This document shows, piece by piece, positions 1-11,285 of a stretch of DNA of 64,000 nt; the first letter of the stretch is position 1; each line of letters begins with the position of its first letter. The stretch is taken from contig OZ024743.1 in the NCBI GenBank assembly GCA_964016885.1, forward strand, positions 100,068,001 to 100,132,000. The letters are read 5' to 3'. This DNA comes from Eledone cirrhosa. Lineage: Eukaryota. Below the pieces are notes generated by a model. The model did no database searches. It had not been told where the DNA came from and worked only from the letters and a program-made list of their open reading frames with translations. The position numbers and the translations under genes are program-made.

Positions 1-1530
1 CAGGTAGACTGACAGGTAGATAGACAGGTAGACTGACAGGTAGACTGACAGGTAGACTGACAGGTAGACTGACAGGTAGACTGACAGGTAGACTGACAGG
101 TAGACTGACAGGTAGATAGACAGTTAGACTGACAGATAGACTGACAGGTAGACTGACAGGTAGATAGACAGGTAGACTGACAGGTAGACTGACAGGTAGA
201 TAGACAGGTAGACTGACAGGTAGACTGACAGGTAGATAGACAGGTAGACTGACAGGTAGACTGACAGGTAGACTGACAGGTAGACTGACAGGTAGACTGA
301 CAGATAGACTGACAGGTAGACTGACAGGTAGACTGACAGGTAGACTGACAGGTAGATAGACAGGTAGACTGACAGGTAGACTGACAGGTAGACTGACAGG
401 TAGACTGACAGGTAGACTGACAGGTAGATAGACAGGTAGACTGACAGGTAGACTGACAGGTAGACTGACAGGTAGACTGACAGGTAGACTGACAGGTAGA
501 CTGACAGGTAGACTGACAGGTAGATAGACAGGTAGACTGACAGGTAGACTGACAGGTAGATAGACAGTTAGACTGACAGATAGACTGACAGGTAGACTGA
601 CAGGTAGATAGACAGATAGACTGACAGGTAGACTGACAGGTAGACTGACAGGTAGACTGACAGGTAGACTGACAGGTAGACTGACAGGTAGACTGACAGG
701 TAGACTGACAGGTAGACTGTCAGGTAGACTGACAGGTAGACTGACAGGTAGACTGACAGGTAGATAGACAGGTAGACTGACAGATAGACTGACAGGTAGA
801 CTGACAGGTAGATAGACAGTTAGACTGACAGATAGACTGACAGGTAGACTGACAGGTAGATAGACAGGTAGACTGACAGGTAGACTGACAGGTAGATAGA
901 CAGGTAGACTGACAGGTAGACTGACAGGTAGACTGACAGGTAGACTGACAGGTAGACTGACAGGTAGACTGACAGATAGACTGACAGGTAGACTGACAGG
1001 TAGACTGACAGGTAGACTGACAGGTAGATAGACAGGTAGACTGACAGGTAGACTGACAGGTAGACTGACAGGTAGACTGACAGGTAGACTGACAGGTAGA
1101 CTAACAGGTAGACTGACAGGTAGACTGACAGGTAGACTGACAGATAGACTGACAGGTAGACTGACAGGTAGACTGACAGGTAGACTGACAGGTAGATAGA
1201 CAGGTAGACTGACAGGTAGACTGACAGGTAGACTGACAGGTAGACTGACAGGTAGATAGACAGGTAGACTGACAGGTAGACTGACAGGTAGACTGACAGG
1301 TAGATAGACAGTTAGACTGACAGATAGACTGACAGGTAGACTGACAGGTAGACTGACAGGTAGACTGACAGGTAGATAGACAGGTAGACTGACAGGTAGA
1401 CTGACAGGTAGACTGACAGGTAGACTGACAGGTAGACTGACAGGTAGACTGACAGGTAGATTGACAGGTAGACTGACAGGTAGACTGACAGGTAGATAGA
1501 CAGTTAGACTGACAGATAGACTGACAGGTA
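1..1530. repeat. 12-bp satellite (CAGGTAGACTGA)n, block 1 (runs off window start)
   Basis: Direct tandem array with recurrent variants CAGGTAGATAGA, CAGTTAGACTGA and CAGATAGACTGA; unit is built from GACA/GGTA/GACT tetramers. Confidence 0.99.
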
Positions 1531-1712
1531 TAGAAACATTCTATATACACATCATACCTTTTTATCTCTAAATGTATCTAGACAGTTCATAGGAGGAAGT
1601 TAATTATATAAACAGTGAAGAATATTTATATAAAGATGTAGCTTTCTGTGTGTATATACTTAGTAGTATGTATTAATATATACAGTTATTGCAGCCTCGA
1701 CAGTAAGTGTGT

Positions 1713-3747
1713 GTAGACTGACAGGTAGACTGACAGGTAGACTGACAGGTAGACTGACAGGTAGACTGACAGGTAGACTGACAGGTAGACTGACAGTTAG
1801 ACTGACAGGTAGACTGACAGATAGACTGACAGGTAGACTGACAGGTAGACTGACAGGTAGACTGACAGGTAGATAGACAGTTAGACTGACAGATAGACTG
1901 ACAGGGAGACTGACAGGTAGATAGACAGTTAGACTGACAGGTAGACTGACAGGTAGACTGACAGGTAGATAGACAGTTAGACTGACAGGTAGACTGACAG
2001 GTAGATAGACAGGTAGACTGACATGTAGATAGACAGGTAGACTGACAGGTAGATAGACAGGTAGACTGACAGGTAGATAGACAGGTAGACTGACAGGTAG
2101 ACTGACAGGTAGACTGACAGGTAGACTGACAGGTAGACTGACAGGTAGATAGACAGTTAGACTGACAGGTAGACTGACAGGTAGATAGACAGGTAGACTG
2201 ACAGGTAGATAGACAGGTAGACTGACAGGTAGACTGACAGGTAGATAGACAGTTAGACTGACAGGTAGACTGACAGGTAGACTGACAGGTAGACTGACAG
2301 GTAGACTGATAGGTAGACTGACAGGTAGACTGACAGGTAGACTGACAGGTAGACTGACTGGTAGATAGACAGGTAGACTGACAGGTAGACTGACAGATAG
2401 ACTGACAGGTAGACTGACAGTTAGACTGACAGATAGACTGACAGGTAGACTGACAGGTAGACTGACAGGTAGACTGACAGGTAGACTGACAGGTAGACTG
2501 ACAGGTAGACTGACAGGTAGATAGACAGGTAGACTGACAGGTAGACTGACAGGTAGACTGACAGGTAGACTGACAGGGAGACTGACAGGTAGACTGACAG
2601 GTAGACTGACAGGTAGATAGACAGTTAGACTGACAGATAGACTGACAGGTAGACCGACAGGTAGATAGACAGGTAGACTGACAGGTAGACTGACAGGTAG
2701 ATAGACAGGTAGACTGACAGGTAGATAGACAGGTAGACTGACAGGTAGACTGACAGGTAGACTGACAGGTAGATAGACAGGTAGACTGACAGGTAGACTG
2801 ACAGGTAGACTGACAGGTAGACTGACAGGTAGATAGACAGGTAGACTGGCAGGTAGACTGACAGGTAGACTGACAGGTAGACTGACAGGTAGACTGACAG
2901 GTAAACTGACAGGTAGACTGACAGGTAGACTGACAGGTAGACTGACAGATAGACTGACAGGTAGACTGACAGGTAGACTGACAGGTAGACTGACAGGTAG
3001 ACTGACAGGTAGATAGACAGTTAGACTGACAGGTAGACTGACTGGTAGACTGACAGGTAGACTGACAGGTAGACTGACAGGTAGACTGACAGGTAGACTG
3101 ACAGGTAGACTGACAGATAGATAGACAGTTAGACTGACAGATAGACTGACAGGTAGACTGACAGGTAGACTGACAGGTAGACTGACAGGTAGATAGACAG
3201 GTAGACTGACAGGTAGACTGACAGGTAGACTGACAGGTAGACTGACAGGTAGACTGACAGGTAGACTGACAGGTAGATAGACAGGTAGATAGACAGGTAG
3301 ACTGACAGGTAGACTGACAGGTAGACTGACAGGTAGACTGACAGGTAGACTGACAGGTAGACTGACAGGTAGACTGACAGGTAGATAGACAGGTAGACTG
3401 ACAGGTAGACTGACAGGTAGATAGACAGGTAGACTGACAGGTAGACTGACAGGTAGACTGACAGGTAGACTGACAGGTAGACTGACAGGTAGACTGACAG
3501 GTAGATAGACAGGTAGACTGACAGGTAGACTGACAGGTAGACTGACAGATAGATAGACAGTTAGACTGACAGATAGACTGACAGGTAGACTGACAGGTAG
3601 ACTGACAGGTAGACTGACAGGTAGATAGACAGGTAGACTGACAGGTAGACTGACAGGTAGACTGACAGGTAGACTGACAGGTAGACTGACAGGTAGACTG
3701 ACAGGTAGATAGACAGGTAGACTGACAGGTAGACTGACAGGTAGATA
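1713..3747. repeat. 12-bp satellite, block 2
   Basis: Same unit, after a 182-bp unique spacer; ends at ...CAGGTAGATA against a LINE 3' end. Confidence 0.99.
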
Positions 3748-5278
3748 AATTTCTATTTATTTGCCACGAGGGCACAAAAGAAGGGGACATTTACACAGTG
3801 GGGGAGTTTACATAAATCGAGTAAAGAAAAAAGGAATAACAATAATAATATAACAATAAAAAGTCCTCAAAAGGGAGGGGGCGTGTTGGGGATTGCACAT
3901 ACCCCCGAAAAGTGTGCAACTCTTTTCGCGGGGGAAGCCCAGAGAGGAGGCGCTCCCCCTTTCCTCTTCACTTCTTCACCTACAGAACAATGTAGAGAGA
4001 AGGCCCATTTACACGGGCCATTCTCGCTTCTTTCACCCACCTTTCATAAAACTGTCTGGGACCAAGCACTTCTCTCTCCATCCTGATTCTTCTTCCGAAG
4101 TGGTATCGGAAGAAGTAAACCAGGTGATGGCCGGAGAGAAAGTCACCCGACCTCAGACCTTTCAGGCGCGTCCACCACACAACCTCTTTCATCATGGCTA
4201 TTACGCACAGAAAGACCGCCTCTGCTTCATTTCTGAAGGGAGGAGGCGGCTTGATGTTCACCACAGACTCGGCGGTTAATCGAATCGGCGCCACACGCGA
4301 CAGCAGTCGTTCGACGTAGCCCCACAGATCGGCAACGCCCGGGCAGTGTACCAGTGCATGCGCAACGGTTTCCTCGTCGCGCACGCATCTGGGACAGATC
4401 TTTTTCGCGGGATCCCTGCCCGGGCGCCCGTGTCTGTAGAGCTTTTCTCGAACGGGCAGAGCCCCCCGGTAACACTGCCAGGCTAGGGACCTCTGGAAGT
4501 TGTCCATGGGTCCCGGGCCGAAAGTTCTACCGAACAGGCTGGCCAGTTCGTCCTCCTCCATGCCTAGCGACTCTCCAAGGGTGTCGTCGCCCCTGCTAGC
4601 CACCAACCCTCTATAGAATGTCGAGGTGGATTCTCCACTGACAGTCGGGTCCGCTTGCCCGATAGCCGTGAGCGCCTGGGCACACTCAGTGTGCCAGTTG
4701 CCCAGTTTTCTCGGTCTTTGCTTCACCCAGGATTGCAGTTCGGTGAGCGAGACGAGCTGTGGGAAGGCTCGCCTCACAAACGGGGCCCACACCGGCTGAC
4801 CGTTGAGGAATACCTGTAGATGCCGTAGCCTCAATGCGTGCCTACGCATCAACAGCCACGGCATACCCAGCCCTCCTTTCGAAGGGTGCTGGCAGCAGAT
4901 GGATCTCCTCACCATGGGAGGCCGCTTCTTCCAGAGGAACTGGAAGAGCATGCGTTCCATGATGGTGAGCTTTTCCTTGGGGCAAGGCACGACGGTCAGG
5001 CGGTAGTAGATGACGGACGCTATGTAAGCGTTCGTCACCTCCGCCCGACCTTTCAGTGATAGTTTGCACTTGGCCCACTTCTGGGTCAGCGCAAACACCC
5101 TGCTCGTCACCTCGCCCCAATTCTTCTCCACCTGGAGGTCCGGTCCGAACCAGACCCCGAGCAGCTTCACCGGGCCCTCCGTCCACCGCCCGACGACACC
5201 GTCTAACGGCATCGGTTTGCCCCTCCACGTTCCGAGTTGCAAACCGACTGACTTGTCCTGGTTCAGCTTAGCCCCCGG
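3748..5278 (-). mobile_element. 5'-truncated Tx1/L1-group non-LTR retrotransposon (copy a)
   Basis: ORF2 C-terminus (GPVKLLGVWFG; CPRC..EETVAHALVHC); 3' UTR ends AATAAATAGAAATT; GACTGACAGGTAGATA on both sides (3732-3747, 5279-5294). Confidence 0.93.
3980..5278 (-). pseudogene. Partial ORF2 of copy a (RT thumb region to C-terminal Zn motif), uninterrupted
   Basis: 420-aa ORF homologous to ORFs at 5688-8015 and 48165-51461. Confidence 0.9.
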
Positions 5279-5422
5279 GACTGACAGGTAGATAGACAGG
5301 TAGACTGACAGGTAGACTGACAGGTAGACTGACAGGTGGACTGACAGGTAGACTGACAGGTAGACTGACAGGTAGATAGACAGGTAGACTGACAGGTAGA
5401 CTGACAGGTAGACTGACAGATA
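5279..5422. repeat. 12-bp satellite, short block between the two LINEs
   Basis: About 12 units of CAGGTAGACTGA and variants. Confidence 0.98.
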
Positions 5423-8017
5423 AGTTTCTTTTATTTGCCACTAGGGCATCAAAAGTGGGACAAGTACAAAGGGGGGAGTTTACACAAAAAGGCGTCCTCA
5501 ATAAGGAGGAGGCAATAACAAAATATAAAAATAAAATAAGATATAACAAAAAATAAAATTTTTAACAAAATCCTCAATAGAGAGGAGGCGCCTTGGGGGG
5601 TCGCACACACCCCCGAAAAAAAGTGTGCAACCCTTTTCCTCAGGAGCACAGAGAGGGGGTGCTCCCTCGTTCCTTCCTCTTTTCCACCTACAGGCTTATG
5701 TAAAGAGAAGGCCCATTCACACGGGCCATTCTCGCCACTTTCACCCACCTTTCATAAAAACGACTGGGGTGCAGCACCTCTCTCTCCATCCTGATCCTTC
5801 TTCCGAAATGATATCGGAAGAAACGGACCAGTTGTTGGCCAGAGAGAAAGGCGCCCGACCTCAGTCCTTTCAGACGCGTCCACCATACAACCTCTTTCGC
5901 CATGGCTATTACGCACAGAAACACCGCCTCTGCTTCATCTTTGAAGGGGGGAGGCGGCTTGATCATTACAATAGACTCGGTGGTCAACCGGATCGGTCCC
6001 ACCCTTGACAGCAGTTGTTCGACATAGCCCCACAGATCGGCTACGCCCGAGCAGTGTACCAATGCGTGTGCAACGGTTTCCTCGTCGCACACGCATCTGG
6101 GACAGATCTTTTTGGCGGGGTCCCTACCCGGGCGCCCGTGTCTGTAGAGCCTTTCTCGAACGGGTAAAGCCCCTCGGTAGCACTGCCAGGCCAGGGACTT
6201 CTGGAAGTTGTCCATAGGTCCCGGGCTGAATGTCCTACCGAACAGGCTGGCCAGTTCGTCCTCCTCCATGTCTAGGGCTTCTCCGAGGGCGTCGTCGCAC
6301 CTGCTGCGTACCAGCCCTCTATAGAATGTTGCGGTGGAGTCTCCACTGATAACCGGATCCGCCTGCCAGAGGGCGGTGAGCGCCTGGGTACACTCAGTGT
6401 GCCAGGCGCCCAGTTTTCTCGGTCTCTGCTTGACCCAGGATTGCAGTTCGGTGAGTGAGACGAGTCTGGGAAAGGTTCGTCTCACAAACGGGGCCCACAC
6501 CGGTTGTCCGGTGAGGAATACGTAGAGGTGCCGTAGCCTTAATGCGTGTTTACGCATCATTAGCCACGGCATCCCCAGCCCTCCTTTCGAAGGGTGTTGA
6601 CAGCAGATGGATCTCCTCACCATAGGAGCCCGCCCCTTCCAAAGGAATTGGAAGAGCGCGCGCTCCATCTTGGTGAGGGTTTCCCTTGGGCAGGGCACTA
6701 CGGTCAGGCGGTAGTAGATGACGGACGCTATATAAGTGTTCGCCACCTCCGCCCGACCTTTCAGGGATAGTTTGCAACTGGCCCACTTCTGGGTCAGTGC
6801 AAACACCCTGTTCGTAACCTCCGCCCAGTTTTTCTCCACCTGGAGGTCCGGTCCGAACCAGACCCCGAGCAACTTCACCGGGCCCTCCGTCCAGCGTCCG
6901 ACGACGCCATCGGAGGGCATCGGTCTGCCCCTCCACGTGCCGAGTTGCAAACCGATCGACTTGTCCCGGTTCAGCTTAGCCCCTGTGAACTTTTCGTACT
7001 CCTCCAGTAAGGTGCCGACCGCCTCGATTTCGGAGGCCGTCGAGACCATTACTGTCACGTCATCGGCGTAGGCCGACACCGCTTTCCGCAATCCCGGTTC
7101 CAAAGGGATGCCCTGCAACAACTCCAACTTCCGCAGTAGTGGCTCGAGAGTCAACACATACAGAAGGGAGGAGAGAGGGCACCCTTGTCGGATGGACCGC
7201 GCGATTTTGAACGGCTCCGAGAGGTAGCCGTTCACCTTGACCCTAGAGCAGATGCGGCTGCTGTGCATAGCAGTGATCCAGCCCCTGAAAACGGGTCCGA
7301 AGCCTGCCGCCGCTAGCACCGCATCCAGGTAACCATGGTCGACCCTATCGAACGCCTTAGATTGATCCAAGTTGATCAGAGCCCCACCAAAGCCGGGTTC
7401 GTTCCCAACCCTCTCTATGATGTATCGCATGAGGTGGAGGTTGTCATGGATGGACCTGGACGGGATAGCGCATGTCTGCGCATCTCCCACCAGGTTGCCC
7501 ACGACAAGCGCCAACCTCTTTGCTAGCACCTTGGCCAAAATCTGTAACTCTGTATTTAGCAGAGTTATGGGCCTGAAGTTACTTATTTCGTCCCCCTTGT
7601 TCTCGTCCTTCCTCACTAGCGTGACTACGCCCTTGGTCACAGTACAGGGAATTCTCCCGTTCTGTTGCCAGTTGCAGTAGACCGCCTCGAGGAGATCGGG
7701 GAACAAGTCCGGCATAGCTAGATATAATTCGTAAGGAAGACCATCGAGACCCGGGGATTTGCGTTTGCCGCATTGGCCCAGCACGTCCTCTATCTCAGCG
7801 GCCGAAATCGGCTCCTCGCAAGACTTCGCCTCCCTGTCCGAGAGGCGCGGCAGGCCGTCGAGGTATGGACCGAAGTCCACGTTTCCAACCGGCTCCCCGC
7901 CCCTCCCGAACAGTCGGGCAAAGTGCCTTTGAAAGGCCTCACACATCTGCTTAGGCTCAAGAATCGCCCGTCCATCCAGGTCTCGCAAAGACCGGATGGT
8001 GGATTTAGTTCCACTGT
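5423..8017 (-). mobile_element. 5'-truncated Tx1/L1-group non-LTR retrotransposon (copy b)
   Basis: RT motifs KSPGLDG, FRPITLLN, LDQSKAFDRV, RQGCPLS, YADD; C-terminal CPRC..H..C; 3' end AATAAAAGAAACT; TAGACTGACAGATA on both sides (5409-5422, 8018-8031). Confidence 0.95.
5688..8015 (-). pseudogene. Partial ORF2 of copy b (complete RT domain, no endonuclease), uninterrupted
   Basis: C-terminal ~775 aa of the 1752-aa ORF; no stops or frameshifts. Confidence 0.92.
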
Positions 8018-10878
8018 TAGACTGACAGATAGACTGACAGGTAGACTGACAGGTAGACTGACAGGTAGACTGACAGGTAGACTGACAGGTAGACTGACAG
8101 GTAGACTGACAGGTAGACTGACAGGTAGACTGACAGGTAGATAGACAGTTAGACTGACAGATAGACTGACAGGGAGACTGACAGGTAGACTGACAGGTAG
8201 ACTGACAGGTAGACTGACAGGTAGACTGACAGGTAGACTGACAGATAGACTGACAGGTAGACTGACAGGTAGACTGACAGGTAGACTGACAGGTAGACTG
8301 ACAGGTAGACTGACAGATAGACTGACAGGTAGACTGACAGGTAGACTGACAGTTAGACTGACAGGTAGACTGACAGGTAGATAGACAGGTAGACTGACAG
8401 ATAGACTGACAGGTAGACTGACAGGTAGACTGACAGGTAGACTGACAGGTAGATAGACAGTTAGACTGACAGATAGACTGACAGGGAGACTGACAGGTAG
8501 ACTGACAGGTAGACTGACAGGTAGATAGACAGGTAGACTGACAGGTAGACTGACAGGTAGACTGACAGGTAGACTGACAGGTAGACTGACAGGTAGACTG
8601 ACAGGTAGACTGACAGTTAGACTGACAGGTAGACTGACAGGTAGATAGACAGTTAGACTGACAGGTAGACTGACAGGTAGATAGACAGGTAGACTGACAG
8701 GTAGATAGACAGGTAGACTGACAGGTAGACTGACAGGTAGATAGACAGTTAGACTGACAGGTAGACTGACAGGTAGACTGACAGGTAGACTGACAGGTAG
8801 ACTGATAGGTAGACTGACAGGTAGACTGACAGGTAGACTGACAGGTAGACTGACTGGTAGATAGACAGGTAGACTGACAGGTAGACTGACAGATAGACTG
8901 ACAGGTAGACTGACAGTTAGACTGACAGATAGACTGACAGGTAGACTGACAGGTAGACTGACAGGTAGACTGACAGGTAGACTGACAGGTAGACTGACAG
9001 GTAGACTGACAGGTAGACTGACAGGTAGATAGACAGGTAGACTGACAGGTAGACTGACAGGTAGATAGACAGGTAGACTGACAGGTAGACTGACAGGTAG
9101 ACTGACAGGTAGACTGACAGGTAGATAGACAGTTAGACTGACAGGTAGACTGACAGGTAGACTGACAGGTAGACTGACAGGTAGACTGACAGGTAGACTG
9201 ACAGATAGACTGACAGGTAGACTGACAGGTAGACTGACAGGTAGACTGACAGGTAGACTGACAGGTAGACTGACAGGTAGACTGACAGGTAGATAGACAG
9301 TTAGACTGACAGGTAGACTGACAGGTAGACTGACAGGTAGACTGACAGGTAGACTGACAGGTAGACTGACAGGTAGACTGACAGGTAGACTGACAGGTAG
9401 ATAGACAGTTAGACTGACAGGTAGACTGACAGGTAGACTGACAGGTAGACTGACAGGTAGACTGACAGGTAGACTGACAGGTAGACTGACAGGTAGATAG
9501 ACAGTTAGACTGAAAGGTAGACTGACTGGTAGACTGACAGGTAGACTGACAGGTAGACTGACAGGTAGACTGACAGGTAGAGTGACAGGTAGACTGACAG
9601 GTAGACTGACAGGTAGATAGACAGTTAGACTGACAGGTAGACTGACTGGTAGACTGACAGGTAGACTGACAGGTAGACTGACAGGTAGACTGACAGATAG
9701 ACTGACAGGTAGACTGACAGGTAGACTGACAGGTAGACTGACAGGTAGACTGACAGGTAGACTGACTGGTAGATAGACAGGTAGACTGACAGGTAGACTG
9801 ACAGGTAGACTGACAGGTAGACTGACAGGTAGATAGACAGGTAGACTGACAGGTAGACTGACAGTTAGACTGACAGATAGACTGACAGGTAGACTGACAG
9901 GTAGACTGACAGGTAGACTGACAGGTAGACTGACAGTTAGACTGACAGATAGACTGACAGGTAGACTGACAGGTAGACTGACAGGTAGACTGACAGTTAG
10001 ACTGACAGATAGACTGACAGGTAGACTGACAGGTAGACTGACAGGTAGACTGACAGGTAGACTGACAGGTAGACTGACAGGTAGACTGACAGTTAGACTG
10101 ACAGTTAGACTGACAGGTAGACTGACAGGTAGACTGACAGGTAGACTGACAGTTAGACTGACAGATAGACTGACAGGTAGACTGACAGGTAGACTGACAG
10201 GTAGACTGACAGGTAGACTGACAGGTAGACTGACAGGTAGACTGACAGGTAGACTGACAGGTAGACTGACTGGTAGATAGACAGGTAGACTGACAGGTAG
10301 ATAGACAGGTAGACTGACAGATAGACTGACAGGTAGACTGACAGGTAGATAGACAGGTAGACTGACAGGTAGATAGACAGGTAGACTGACAGATAGACTG
10401 ACAGGTAGACTGACTGGTAGATAGACAGGTAGACTGACAGGTAGATAGACAGGTAGACTGACAGATAGACTGACAGGTAGACTGACAGGTAGATAGACAG
10501 GTAGACTGACAGGTAGACTGACAGGTAGACTGACAGGTAGACTGACAGGTAGACTGACAGGTAGACTGACTGGTAGATAGACAGGTAGACTGACAGGTAG
10601 ATAGACAGGTAGACTGACAGATAGACTGACAGGTAGACTGACAGGTAGATAGACAGGTAGACTGACAGGTAGATAGACAGGTAGACTGACAGATAGACTG
10701 ACAGGTAGACTGACTGGTAGATAGACAGGTAGACTGACAGGTAGATAGACAGGTAGACTGACAGATAGACTGACAGGTAGACTGACAGGTAGATAGACAG
10801 GTAGACTGACAGGTAGACTGACAGGTAGACTGACAGGTAGACTGACAGGTAGACTGACAGGTAGACTGACAGGTAGAT
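8018..10878. repeat. 12-bp satellite, block 4
   Basis: Same unit; decays into GATAGATGGATA at the right end. Confidence 0.99.
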
Positions 10879-10917
10879 AGATGGATATCTTGATTTAACA
10901 TCTGTTTCCCTTGGAAC

Positions 10918-11099
10918 TGTGTGTGTACATATATATAGACACACACACACGGACGGACTGATGTATATATATCTATATATATGTGTGTGTGTATGTGTTT
11001 GTATGTATATATATTCTTCTACATATCTATATATATGTGTGTGTGTGTGTGTGTGTCTGTGTGTGTATGTGTGTGTGTGTGTGTGTGTGTGTTTGTGTG
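10918..11099. repeat. Compound (TG)n/(TA)n/(CA)n microsatellite
   Basis: Dinucleotide tracts seen directly. Confidence 0.95.
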
Positions 11100-11285
11100 A
11101 ATGTATCCTTGAATATGGTGAAGACTTATCCATTCTTCTGACCATTGATTTATCTATATTAATTTCTCCTAATCTATCACTCTAATTACACAGCCAGCTC
11201 TGTATTATCAATATTGATTGTCTTTCTCACTTTATATTAGTACCCAACTCTATCTACTCCTAATCCTCTTCTTCCTCCTTCCTCT

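Noticed and set aside
1-10878. Telomeric repeat with telomere-specific retrotransposons
   Set aside because: The unit is not TTAGGG-like, is interrupted by unique spacers, and nothing shows a chromosome end; an interstitial satellite is simpler
5688-10946. 1752-aa ORF fusing (CQST)n to a reverse transcriptase, and the 705-aa and 149-aa (CQST)n ORFs
   Set aside because: A 12-bp unit is stop-free in this frame by construction, and in-frame joining to a truncated LINE has a 1-in-3 chance. The start lies in a microsatellite and the junction is explained by a TSD.
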